A stretch of 47,750 nt of DNA from the UHGV virus genome UHGV-1789659. One strand, given 5' to 3'. This document shows, one piece after another, positions 28,286 through 36,596 of the stretch (the stretch's first letter is position 1; each line of letters opens with the position of its first letter). Source of the stretch: a virus. The notes below the pieces were generated by a model, which saw only the letters and a list, made by a program, of their open reading frames with translations, did no database searches and was not told where the DNA came from. Made by a program: the position numbers and the translations under genes.

Positions 28286-31200
28286 ATGTGGTACAGGGAA
28301 GGTACTATCACATTTACACAGGGTAGCAATACTCTGGTTGGTGTTGGAACAGCCTGGAACGTAACAGCTAATGGTGTGTTGCCGGGCATGATCGTCATTG
28401 GTCCCGACAATAAGCTGTATGAGATCAAGCGCGTAACAAGCGATACGAATATTGTTCTCTCAGAACCTTATACCGGCGAAACTCAGTCTGAAGTTCCGTG
28501 CCGAATCATTACGACCTATGAAGGCGACTTAACACAGTTTAGCGCGCGCTTTACTGCGCTAATGTCGCGTATGTCGGCTGATTCCAAGTCCATGCGCAGT
28601 TGGTTGACTGCTCTGGATGAGGTGACAATCGAGCGTGAAGACGGTACAGAAGTGACCGTTAAGCCGCTAATGCAGATCGTCAACGAGCACAACGAAAACG
28701 TTGAGTGGTATAAAAATAACACCGACGCGATAGACGCTGCTGGCGACAAAGCTCGTGAGGCGGCGGCCAGTGCTGCCGCAGCAGCAGAAAGCGCCAATAC
28801 CGCTGGAGAAAAAGCCTCTCAAGCGTCTCAAAGTGCATCCGCTGCGGCTTCCTCACAAAGTGCTGCAAGTGCGAGTGCAACTGCTGCGAAAAAATCTGAA
28901 ACGAACGCAGAAGCCGCAAAAGAAGCGGCAGCAGAATCAGCGTCTGTAGCATCGACCAAAGCATCGGAGGCTGCAACATCTGCGTCCAGTGCCTCTGCAT
29001 CTAAGGATGCAGCCAAAGCATCAGAGACTAACGCTTCATCGAGTGCAAACGCGGCGGCATCATCGGCAACAGAAGCTGCAAATTCGTCTAAGGCAGCAAA
29101 AACGTCAGAGACAAACGCAAAAGCATCTGAAAAGGCAGCCGAACAGAGTGCATCGTCTGCAAACAGTTCGAAATCTGCGGCAGAAGCGTCAGCCAGCGCA
29201 GCCTCAGCAAGTGCGGATAGTGCTTCATCGAGTGCAACTGCGGCAGGAAGAGCTGCGGAAAGCGCGTCTTCATCCGCGACAACAGCTACCACAAAAGCGA
29301 CAGAGGCGACGAGTCAGGCTACAGCTGCTAAAAATTCAGCATCGGCAGCAAAAACCTCTGAAACAAATGCAAAGGCCTCAGAAGACAATGCTGCTTCCTC
29401 TAAGGCGGCAGCTGCTGAATCTGCAAGTTCTGCGTCTGCATCAGCCACCTCGGCATCCGCTTCAAAAGATGAGGCGACCAAGCAGGCATCAGCAGCGAAG
29501 GGTAGTGCTTCAACGGCATCCACAAAGGCAACAGAGGCGGCAGGCAGTGCGACGGCTGCATCTCAGAGCAAAACTGCTGCCGAATCTGCTGCGACTCGTG
29601 CAGAAGCTGCTGCTGATCGTGCTGAAGAGATTGCCGGTGCAGTTGCGATGGAAGACGCAAGCCTTACAACTAAAGGTGTTGTGAAACTTAGTAGTGCGAC
29701 AGATAGCACCAGTGAATCACTGGCTGCAACTCCAAAGGCAGTTAAAGCTGCGAATGACAATGCGAATAGCCGATTGGCGAAGAACCAGAATGGTGCTGAT
29801 ATACCAGGTAAGGATACCTTCACGAAAAATATTGGCGCTGGTCGAGCATTTGGAGGCTCTGTAAGCACAACAGCAGGAAACTGGACTACGGCACAGTTTG
29901 TCGAATGGTTGGACTCTCAAGGGGCCTTTAATCATCCGTACTGGATGTGTAAAGGCTCATGGTCGTATGGCAACAACAAAATCATTACTGATACTGGTTG
30001 TGGCGATATTCATCTTGCCGGGGCAGTAATTGAGGTAATGGGGATAAAGTCCGCAATGACGATCCGCGTTACCACACCAACAACATCTAGCGGTGGTGGT
30101 ACTGCTAACGCTCAATTTACTTATATTAACCACGGGACAGATTATTCTCCAGGCTGGCGACGAGACTACAATACAAAATACAAACCTACGCCATCGGATA
30201 TAGGTGCATTATCAACATCAGGAGGGACGGTTTCAGGTCCGTTGTCTGTTACTGGTGGGTTAACTGGTTCATTGAATGGCAATGCGAGTACCGCCACGAA
30301 ATTGCAGACTGCAAGAACTATCGGCGGCGTGGCCTTCGATGGATCTGCGAACATAAATTTGCCTGGTGTAAACACGGCAGGTAATCAGAGCACCACTGGT
30401 AATGCCGCAACCGCTACAAAACTTCAAACGGCAAGAACGATTGGTGGCGTTTCATTTAACGGAACTGCCAACATCGACTTGCCCGGAGTTAACAAAGCTG
30501 GCAACCAAAGCACCACAGGTAATGCTGCTACAGCTACTAAATTGCAGACAGCAAGAACCATCGGTGGTGTTAGCTTCGATGGCACTGCGAATATTAATTT
30601 GCCTGGTGTTAATGCTGCCGGTAATCAGAACACTACCGGTAACGCGGCTACAGCGACCAAGTTGCAAACTGCGAGAACTATTAACGGGGTGTCGTTTAAC
30701 GGCTCTGCGAATATTTCGATACCAACAATTACGTCCAGAGGACGCGTTACTGCGCTCACAGGCACAACGCAAGGCGCTACTACTGGATTGCAGATGTACG
30801 AGGCATATAACAACGGCTATCCTTCGACTTACGGGAATGTGCTTCATCTTAAGGGGGCAACAGCCGTTGGTGAAGGCGAGTTGTTCATAGGTTGGAGCGG
30901 TACAAGTGGCGCTCATGCACCTGTACATGTACGTTCGCGACGAGATACTGATACAGCCAGTTGGTCAGAGTGGGCGCAAGTTTATACGTCCAAAGACTCA
31001 ATTCCAGGTGTCAATGCCACCGGTAATCAGAACACTACTGGCAATGCAGCATCAGCAACGAAGTTGCAAACTGCCAGAACAATTGGAGGTGTATCGTTTA
31101 ATGGTACCGCCAATATTAACTTGCCGGGCGTCAATATAGCGGGTAATCAGAATACGACTGGTAACGCTGCTTCAGCCACGAAGTTACAAACGGCTCGTAC

Positions 31201-31813
31201 TATTGGTGGTGTTAGTTTTAACGGTACAGCCAATATTAACTTACCTGGTGTGAATACGACCGGTAATCAGAACACTACTGGTAATGCTGCAACCGCCACA
31301 AAATTGCAGACAGCAAGGAAAATTGCTGGTGTGGCGTTTGATGGCTCTGCCGATATAACTTTGACTGCGGCTAACCTTAATGCTTATACGAAAACAGAGG
31401 TAACAAACCTTCTCAGTTCCTATGTGAAGAGTAGTTCTCTTCCAAGCATGACTGTGCGAACTTCCTCTGTTTCTGGTGGGGATATGGGCATGAGTTTGTC
31501 CACATTCATTAGCCACCTTAAATCAAATGGGGCATTTAGCAAAAGTTATTGGATTGGCTTTGGCGATGCTATGGGATTCAATGCTGGCAGTATCAACAAT
31601 ATAACGGGATTTGGTGCTGTAGAATTAGCAGAATCCATAATCGAAGTTTTTAATCTACCGAATGGTGATTATACAATTCGTTTAACGACGTCACACAAAG
31701 CTGACTACGGTGGGATTACAAACGCAATCCTCGTTTATCACTACCGCAGTAATAGAAACCCGACAGGTCAATGGCTTAAATTTGCCGGTACTCTTGGGGC
31801 TACAAACAACTGA
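28286..31813 (+). CDS. side tail fibre protein (Stf-like) with Ala/Ser-rich region and tail-fibre repeats
   Basis: AAKTSETNAKAS-type low-complexity region as in lambda Stf (recalled); eight copies of a roughly 40-aa repeat NQ.TTGNAATATKLQTARTIGGV.F.G.ANI.LPGVN. Confidence 0.8.
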   Translation: MWYREGTITFTQGSNTLVGVGTAWNVTANGVLPGMIVIGPDNKLYEIKRVTSDTNIVLSEPYTGETQSEVPCRIITTYEGDLTQFSARFTALMSRMSADSKSMRSWLTALDEVTIEREDGTEVTVKPLMQIVNEHNENVEWYKNNTDAIDAAGDKAREAAASAAAAAESANTAGEKASQASQSASAAASSQSAASASATAAKKSETNAEAAKEAAAESASVASTKASEAATSASSASASKDAAKASETNASSSANAAASSATEAANSSKAAKTSETNAKASEKAAEQSASSANSSKSAAEASASAASASADSASSSATAAGRAAESASSSATTATTKATEATSQATAAKNSASAAKTSETNAKASEDNAASSKAAAAESASSASASATSASASKDEATKQASAAKGSASTASTKATEAAGSATAASQSKTAAESAATRAEAAADRAEEIAGAVAMEDASLTTKGVVKLSSATDSTSESLAATPKAVKAANDNANSRLAKNQNGADIPGKDTFTKNIGAGRAFGGSVSTTAGNWTTAQFVEWLDSQGAFNHPYWMCKGSWSYGNNKIITDTGCGDIHLAGAVIEVMGIKSAMTIRVTTPTTSSGGGTANAQFTYINHGTDYSPGWRRDYNTKYKPTPSDIGALSTSGGTVSGPLSVTGGLTGSLNGNASTATKLQTARTIGGVAFDGSANINLPGVNTAGNQSTTGNAATATKLQTARTIGGVSFNGTANIDLPGVNKAGNQSTTGNAATATKLQTARTIGGVSFDGTANINLPGVNAAGNQNTTGNAATATKLQTARTINGVSFNGSANISIPTITSRGRVTALTGTTQGATTGLQMYEAYNNGYPSTYGNVLHLKGATAVGEGELFIGWSGTSGAHAPVHVRSRRDTDTASWSEWAQVYTSKDSIPGVNATGNQNTTGNAASATKLQTARTIGGVSFNGTANINLPGVNIAGNQNTTGNAASATKLQTARTIGGVSFNGTANINLPGVNTTGNQNTTGNAATATKLQTARKIAGVAFDGSADITLTAANLNAYTKTEVTNLLSSYVKSSSLPSMTVRTSSVSGGDMGMSLSTFISHLKSNGAFSKSYWIGFGDAMGFNAGSINNITGFGAVELAESIIEVFNLPNGDYTIRLTTSHKADYGGITNAILVYHYRSNRNPTGQWLKFAGTLGATNN

Positions 31814-31933
31814 TTTAGGGATTATTTATATGGCTGTGTGGTTTAAAAATGCGATCTCACAGCCGCAATCATAGGGATATATTTGTGAGTTACCTGATAC
31901 GAATATGAACAGCCGTTAAACGGTATATGTGTT

Positions 31934-31954
31934 GATAGGTAAGTGCATACCTAT
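31934..31954 (+). promoter_or_regulatory. GATAGGTAAGTGCATACCTAT conserved motif
   Basis: GATAAGTA-family imperfect palindrome upstream of the lysis cassette. Confidence 0.4.
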
Positions 31955-32016
31955 AATTGAAAGGAGAAGTGTGATATAAATCCGCCATCCCGATTTGACT
32001 TTTCACGGAGGAAAAC

Positions 32017-32340
32017 ATGTCGAACGAGATGGCGGGCGTTACAACAGAGCAAGTTGAGCGTATTGCCGCGATCGTTGCTCGGGAGGTTGTTGGCAAATTA
32101 GGTAAAGAGCTACGTGAAGAAATTGGCCAGGAGGTCAATGATCAGCTGAAAACCTACTTTGGTGATATGACCCCGGCGCAACATAGTATTCAACACTCTA
32201 ATTTGGACAAACTCCTTAATCGGTTAGATTCCATCTCCAGTGGGTTCTTTGGCGGCATTGTTTCTAAAATAACGTCGTTCATTATTACTGCACTGCTTTT
32301 GGGATTAGCCGCGTATGGCGTAAAAAATGGACTGCAATAA
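32017..32340 (+). CDS. putative holin-like membrane protein (single C-terminal TM helix)
   Basis: 107-aa ORF with strong RBS (GGAGGAAAAC) directly upstream of the lysis genes; C-terminal hydrophobic helix ITSFIITALLLGLAAYGV. Confidence 0.35.
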   Translation: MSNEMAGVTTEQVERIAAIVAREVVGKLGKELREEIGQEVNDQLKTYFGDMTPAQHSIQHSNLDKLLNRLDSISSGFFGGIVSKITSFIITALLLGLAAYGVKNGLQ

Positions 32341-32353
32341 CAGGAGATCAAGG

Positions 32354-33046
32354 ATGAAGACTCCGAGAGGCATTCGTAATAATAACCCCGGTAATCTTGA
32401 TAAAGGATCACCGTGGCAAGGTCTGGTTGCGAATCCAGACGAACCGCGCTTTTGCACGTTTAAAGACCCTGTTTGGGGGATTCGTGCGCTGGCGGTGACT
32501 CTAATTACCTACCACGACAAACGTCGCGCAAAAGACGGCTCAAGTATCGATACCATTCGTGAAGTTATTGAACGTTGGGCACCGCCGAATGAAAACAACA
32601 CTGACGCCTACATTAATGAGGTGTCTAAAGCCGTTGGTGTAACCGCAGACATGATCATCGATCTGCATGATTACGACATCCTTAGACCTTTGGTTGAGGC
32701 AATCATTCGCCACGAGAATGGTCGAGGTCCACTAAAAACGCTGAACACCTGGTATGCGGCAGAAGTTATTGAGGAAGGTCTGCGTCGAGCTGGCGTCGTT
32801 AAGCCGGTGAAAACCGTGAAGGCTGTTCCTGTAACTAAAGAAACCGCAGGCGCAACTGTCACAGCAGGTATTGGTCTGGCGCAGCTTGCCGATGTTATGC
32901 CGCAGGTTTCCGCTGCTATGGATAAAGCACAAGGTCATATCTCTAGCGGGGATACAGTACGCATCATCTTCGGTATTGCCACTATTGTTGTGGCAGGATT
33001 CATTGCCTGGTCGCAGGTAAGAAAACACCAGAAAGGGATGGTCTAA
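32354..33046 (+). CDS. putative endolysin / cell-wall-active protein with C-terminal TM anchor (function uncertain)
   Basis: 230 aa from ATG 32354 (RBS CAGGAG); position between holin-like and spanin genes; conserved-looking GIRNNNPGNL box; C-terminal hydrophobic helix. No catalytic motif recognised by eye. Confidence 0.35.
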   Translation: MKTPRGIRNNNPGNLDKGSPWQGLVANPDEPRFCTFKDPVWGIRALAVTLITYHDKRRAKDGSSIDTIREVIERWAPPNENNTDAYINEVSKAVGVTADMIIDLHDYDILRPLVEAIIRHENGRGPLKTLNTWYAAEVIEEGLRRAGVVKPVKTVKAVPVTKETAGATVTAGIGLAQLADVMPQVSAAMDKAQGHISSGDTVRIIFGIATIVVAGFIAWSQVRKHQKGMV

Positions 33047-33261
33047 TATGCTAGGCAGCCTGATGATAAAGCTAAAAGTTGCTTTATTCATTGCCTGGTC
33101 GCAGGTAAGAAAACACCAGAAAGGGATGGTCTAATATGCTAGGCAGCCTGATGATAAAGCTAAAAGTTGCTTTATTCATTGCCTGGTCGCAGGTAAGAAA
33201 ACACCAGAAAGGGATGGTCTAATATGCTAGGCAGCCTGATGACAAAGCTAAAAGTTGCTTT
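32998..33261. repeat. 88-bp tandem repeat, three copies (two identical, third slightly diverged) across the endolysin/spanin junction
   Basis: Unit ATTCATTGCCTGGTCGCAGGTAAGAAAACACCAGAAAGGGATGGTCTAATATGCTAGGCAGCCTGATGATAAAGCTAAAAGTTGCTTT repeats at 32998, 33086 and 33174. Confidence 0.9.
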
Positions 33262-33475
33262 GATTACGCTGGCTGCCGTTCTTTTCGTTCTGGTCGGCGC
33301 TTACACGATGGGTGGGAATGCAGCACGACGAGCAATGGAAGAGAAGGCAAAACAGGAAGACAGAAAACGACTTCAAAACACAGTGGAAGTGGTGAATGAG
33401 ACGAGCAATAAAATACGTCAGAAAGATGCTTCTGCCGTTCATCGTGAGTTGTATGATAAGTGGGTGCGTCATTAA
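33224..33475 (+). CDS. i-spanin (Rz-like)
   Basis: N-terminal TM helix (ALITLAAVLFVLVGAYTMGG) followed by a charged segment; an embedded lipoprotein ORF overlaps the 3-prime end. Confidence 0.65.
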   Translation: MLGSLMTKLKVALITLAAVLFVLVGAYTMGGNAARRAMEEKAKQEDRKRLQNTVEVVNETSNKIRQKDASAVHRELYDKWVRH

Positions 33476-33611
33476 ACCACAAACCGCCAGCGTATTGTTC
33501 TGCGATGGAGCTGAGCCTATCTATATCAGCAATAATGATGTGATGACCGAAGAAACCGAACGCCAAATCCTTTTTCACAATACGATGGGAGAGAGAGTTT
33601 GCGGTTGGTGA
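33426..33611 (+). CDS. o-spanin (Rz1-like lipoprotein), overlapping the i-spanin in another frame
   Basis: Signal peptide with lipobox MLLPFIVSCMISG-C; in-frame ATG at 33426 inside the ORF-track ORF 33396..33611. Confidence 0.6.
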   Translation: MLLPFIVSCMISGCVIKPQTASVLFCDGAEPIYISNNDVMTEETERQILFHNTMGERVCGW

Positions 33612-33619
33612 TGCGAAGT

Positions 33620-33637
33620 TCCCCTCACTTGAGGGGA
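33620..33637. terminator. hairpin between convergent spanin and toxin genes
   Basis: CCCCTC-ACTT-GAGGGG stem-loop; flanking T/A runs are weak. Confidence 0.4.
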
Positions 33638-33642
33638 GTACA

Positions 33643-34164
33643 TTATTCTTCGAACAATTTTTCGATAGATTTTGTAGGATAGAACAAAGAACGCTCGTTG
33701 TTACCAACCAGCTGGATAAAGCCTAAACTTTTATAAAACGCCTTGGCTTTGTCATTTAACGCCTCAACGAAAAGTCCATGAATGCCTACAGCAAGAGATG
33801 CATTGTACACAACCCGCATTGCATGTGTTACAAGCATTGAGCCAAATCCTTGACCTTGAAGGGACTTGTCCAAAGCCAGCCTACCCAAAGTAACACTTGG
33901 AACATTCCGATAAGGAACCTTCTTTTGCTGGCTTCTTGAAGGTAAGGACTCCTTTTCAAAGCAGCTGCCTGACAAAGTGTAATACCCTAACACTTTTGGT
34001 CTGTCTTCTTTAGTGCAAAGCACATAAGCGCGAAGAATTTTTCCCTCATGCTGCCTTTTTAAGTGGTTGGTTAAAAAGGCATTTAGTGATTCTTCACCGC
34101 AATCAAAACCATTCAAATCATAATCTTTCTCTCCAGAGAAAATTTCTATCTTTATATTATCCAC
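33643..34164 (-). CDS. GNAT-family acetyltransferase toxin (TacT/KacT/AtaT-type)
   Basis: GNAT motif A QGQGFGSMLV; about 170 aa; immediately downstream of a DUF1778-type antitoxin ORF on the same strand; GTG start. Confidence 0.75.
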   Translation of the reverse strand: MDNIKIEIFSGEKDYDLNGFDCGEESLNAFLTNHLKRQHEGKILRAYVLCTKEDRPKVLGYYTLSGSCFEKESLPSRSQQKKVPYRNVPSVTLGRLALDKSLQGQGFGSMLVTHAMRVVYNASLAVGIHGLFVEALNDKAKAFYKSLGFIQLVGNNERSLFYPTKSIEKLFEE

Positions 34165-34171
34165 GAGTAAA

Positions 34172-34441
34172 CTACTCCATGCTTTTCAGACGATCAGCAG
34201 CTCGTTTCAGCTTGTCGTTCGGTGCCGGAGGATTGCTTATAGCGTCCATAACCAGATTCCAGGATTCTTCATTCAGAACTAGTCTACGGTGTTGCTCTAT
34301 AACTTTCACGGCACGTTCAGATGCACTGCTAACCATAAACTGAGTAATGCTCTGGTTAGACATTGCGGCAGCTTCCTCGATGATGCTTTTATCGTCATCG
34401 GTTAATCTCAAATCGATGCGCTGCTTTTTTAGTGCTGACAT
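34172..34441 (-). CDS. DUF1778-type RHH antitoxin (TacA/KacA-like)
   Basis: Start set at MSALKKQRIDLRLTDDDKSI after an AGGAGG RBS (plus-strand CCTCCT at 34446-34451); the N-terminal RIDLRL plus helical region is typical of DUF1778 antitoxins paired with GNAT toxins. Confidence 0.7.
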   Translation of the reverse strand: MSALKKQRIDLRLTDDDKSIIEEAAAMSNQSITQFMVSSASERAVKVIEQHRRLVLNEESWNLVMDAISNPPAPNDKLKRAADRLKSME

Positions 34442-34710
34442 GTATTCCTCCTGATGGCCGTGATGTAGGAAGGCCATCAATCTCCTCTGTTCAAACTGAG
34501 TTTTCGACTCAAAAATTACTTTAAAAGGCTATAGCCCATTACGTGTGCATTATCAAATTGTGTACGGCATATCACCGTACTTGTAATATAGAGGTCATTG
34601 TTACTTTTTTCAACAGACAAATACAAGCTATGATTGCCAATTGTTAATCACAACCTACCATTTAACCTTTACACCGCAGCCGTAGGCATTTAGGCTATAT
34701 CACATATAAG

Positions 34711-34724
34711 AAAACAAGTTGTTT
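34711..34724. promoter_or_regulatory. AAAACAAGTTGTTT operator-like site upstream of parA
   Basis: Near-palindrome shared with sites at 5876 and 37512. Confidence 0.35.
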
Positions 34725-34759
34725 CAGACGATAATTATATACGCAAAGGGAACTCTCCA

Positions 34760-35428
34760 ATGACCAAGATCTTTGTGGTTGGCGGCACAAAGGGCGGGCC
34801 TGGCAAATCCACCGTTGCCCAGCAAATTGCCGTTTGCCTGAAAGTCAAAAAGAAGAAGAAGGTTTATATCACTGATATAGATATTCAGCGCACGACAACA
34901 AGCTGGTGTGAAGACCGTCGGCAGAACGAAGACCTTGAGCTGATTCCTTTTGCATACGTTCAGGATGACATCATTAAGCACCTAAAATCGCTTCAGGGTA
35001 GAGCTGAGTTTGTCGTGGTAGATGCTGGTGGCTTTGACTCCGAAATTCAGCGACAAGCGATGCTGATGGCCGACGTTATCATTATCCCGCTGCGTCCTAA
35101 GCGTCGTGATTTGAAATCTCTGCGTGACATCGATCCTATTATCGACAATGTTCGTAATGTAAACAATAAAGTGAAGGTCCGCGCTGTCATGAACCAGTGC
35201 CCGGCTTTGCCATCACAAGTGTCTCGCATTCTGGCGGCTAAAGAGATTGTTGAGACGTTTGGCATCGAGTCTGCGCCAGTCAATCTATATAACCGCAACG
35301 TCTATGATGATGCGGAAGAGTCTGGTCGTTCTATCTTTGAAATGACCGGTAGCGAGCGCGACAAAAAGGCGGAAGCCGAGTTTGAAGAATTTGTAGATTA
35401 TCTGTTGAGTCTGGAGGAAGAAGAATAA
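34760..35428 (+). CDS. parA: ParA-family partition ATPase (small, type Ib-like)
   Basis: Deviant Walker A GGTKGGPGKST at the N-terminus; 222 aa; followed by a coupled small DNA-binding protein gene. Confidence 0.85.
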   Translation: MTKIFVVGGTKGGPGKSTVAQQIAVCLKVKKKKKVYITDIDIQRTTTSWCEDRRQNEDLELIPFAYVQDDIIKHLKSLQGRAEFVVVDAGGFDSEIQRQAMLMADVIIIPLRPKRRDLKSLRDIDPIIDNVRNVNNKVKVRAVMNQCPALPSQVSRILAAKEIVETFGIESAPVNLYNRNVYDDAEESGRSIFEMTGSERDKKAEAEFEEFVDYLLSLEEEE

Positions 35429-35787
35429 TGTCCATGAAAATGGGTGACCTAGCAAAGCGCAAAGAGCCTGATGCACCGGCTAAGAACACAACTCCTTTGC
35501 GCCAACCAGTCAGACCACAGGGACGCCCGACTCGTGGCAAAGAGAAAATTAAAAGCCGCACAATGTCACTGGAGGACGAATACTTCGAACTGCTGGAGAT
35601 GATGAAGTTCATCCCTCGCTTCGAGAAATTCACCCGCTCTGATGTGATTCGTGCTGCTATTTTCCATCTTGCGGAGAAGACACCGCAGGAAATCGAGGAC
35701 ATCGTGAAACTTAACGAGGCGATCACAGCTGCCGACGTTACGATGCGTACCGATGAAATTAAACGAGAGTTGATGAAGAAAGGTTGA
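35428..35787 (+). CDS. ParG-like RHH centromere-binding protein
   Basis: 119 aa; basic flexible N-terminus and C-terminal beta-alpha-alpha pattern (RTMSLEDEYFELLE...SDVIRAAIFHLAEK); TAATG coupling to parA. Confidence 0.6.
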   Translation: MSMKMGDLAKRKEPDAPAKNTTPLRQPVRPQGRPTRGKEKIKSRTMSLEDEYFELLEMMKFIPRFEKFTRSDVIRAAIFHLAEKTPQEIEDIVKLNEAITAADVTMRTDEIKRELMKKG

Positions 35788-35788
35788 C

Positions 35789-35818
35789 AAGAGAAGGCGT
35801 GATTAGACGCCTTCTCTT
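35789..35818 (+). terminator. 12-bp-stem hairpin after the partition operon
   Basis: AAGAGAAGGCGT-GATTAG-ACGCCTTCTCTT read directly. Confidence 0.5.
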
Positions 35819-35831
35819 AAAAGGTATATTT

Positions 35832-36572
35832 ATGCTTTACAAATATGTTGGAAGTAGCGTCCCGGAAGACACAATAAATTATTTAAAGTATTACTTAGAA
35901 GATGGGAAAATTCGAGATTTCAACGATCCTGCCGAGTTTAAAGTTAATTTTGATTATGATGCTGATATAGACGCCATTAAGAAAAGATTTTTTGAGCTTT
36001 GGCCTAATCATCACAATGATGAATTTGAACGCTGGTTATTGAGTCAAACAGAACATAGTCGCAGTTTTGATAACTATATGATTAGAACGACTTTTCTGCA
36101 GCGTCGGGGAGTTATTTGTTTGACAAAAAGACCAGATAATTATCTTATGTGGTCGCATTATGCGCATTCTCACTCTGGTTTTTGCATCGGATTTGATGAT
36201 GGTTTTATAAATGCGTTTGATGATGTTTTTTTTGTTCGCGGTGAGGTCAAATATTCCTCTGATGTTCCGGTTGTAAATTTTTTTACCGACTCAGCTAAAG
36301 AGATTGCAGCGGCTCTTTGCCTAAATAAAAGCGATGTCTGGGAATATGAAGAGGAGGTTAGAATCGTAACCGAGAATTGTGGCGTGAAATTATTTGATAA
36401 ATCCTTAATTAAGGAAATAACAATAGGTTGTAAGGCTAGCAGTCAACTTCAAAATTATGTTCATCAACTATTTGATTCAGGTATCGAAATCTACAAAATG
36501 AAGTGCCCTACAGGATCGTATAAGCTGGAAAAAATAAGATTAGAGAAAGATACTGATTTTCTTGGATACTAG
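35832..36572 (+). CDS. AT-rich orphan gene; hypothetical protein (possibly DUF2971-like, unverified)
   Basis: 246 aa from ATG 35832; visibly AT-rich versus neighbours; conserved-looking core LMWSHYAHSHSGFCIGFD...WEYEEEVRIV; bounded by hairpin and palindrome. Confidence 0.5.
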   Translation: MLYKYVGSSVPEDTINYLKYYLEDGKIRDFNDPAEFKVNFDYDADIDAIKKRFFELWPNHHNDEFERWLLSQTEHSRSFDNYMIRTTFLQRRGVICLTKRPDNYLMWSHYAHSHSGFCIGFDDGFINAFDDVFFVRGEVKYSSDVPVVNFFTDSAKEIAAALCLNKSDVWEYEEEVRIVTENCGVKLFDKSLIKEITIGCKASSQLQNYVHQLFDSGIEIYKMKCPTGSYKLEKIRLEKDTDFLGY

Positions 36573-36596
36573 TATTGGTAGTATCAACAATTATGA

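Noticed and set aside
28516-29935. Many ORFs on both strands (for example 28516..28797, 28680..29000, 28828..29292, 28989..29684, 29563..29868) inside the side fibre gene
   Set aside because: They lie within the GC-rich, Ala/Ser-rich low-complexity region of the Stf-like gene, where alternative frames are open by composition; their translations are Arg/Gln/Leu or Ala-rich runs with no start context.
32998-33261. Tandem 88-bp repeats considered as a possible CRISPR array
   Set aside because: The units are contiguous with no unique spacers, the period equals the unit length, and the repeat content is coding junction sequence; this is a tandem duplication, not CRISPR.
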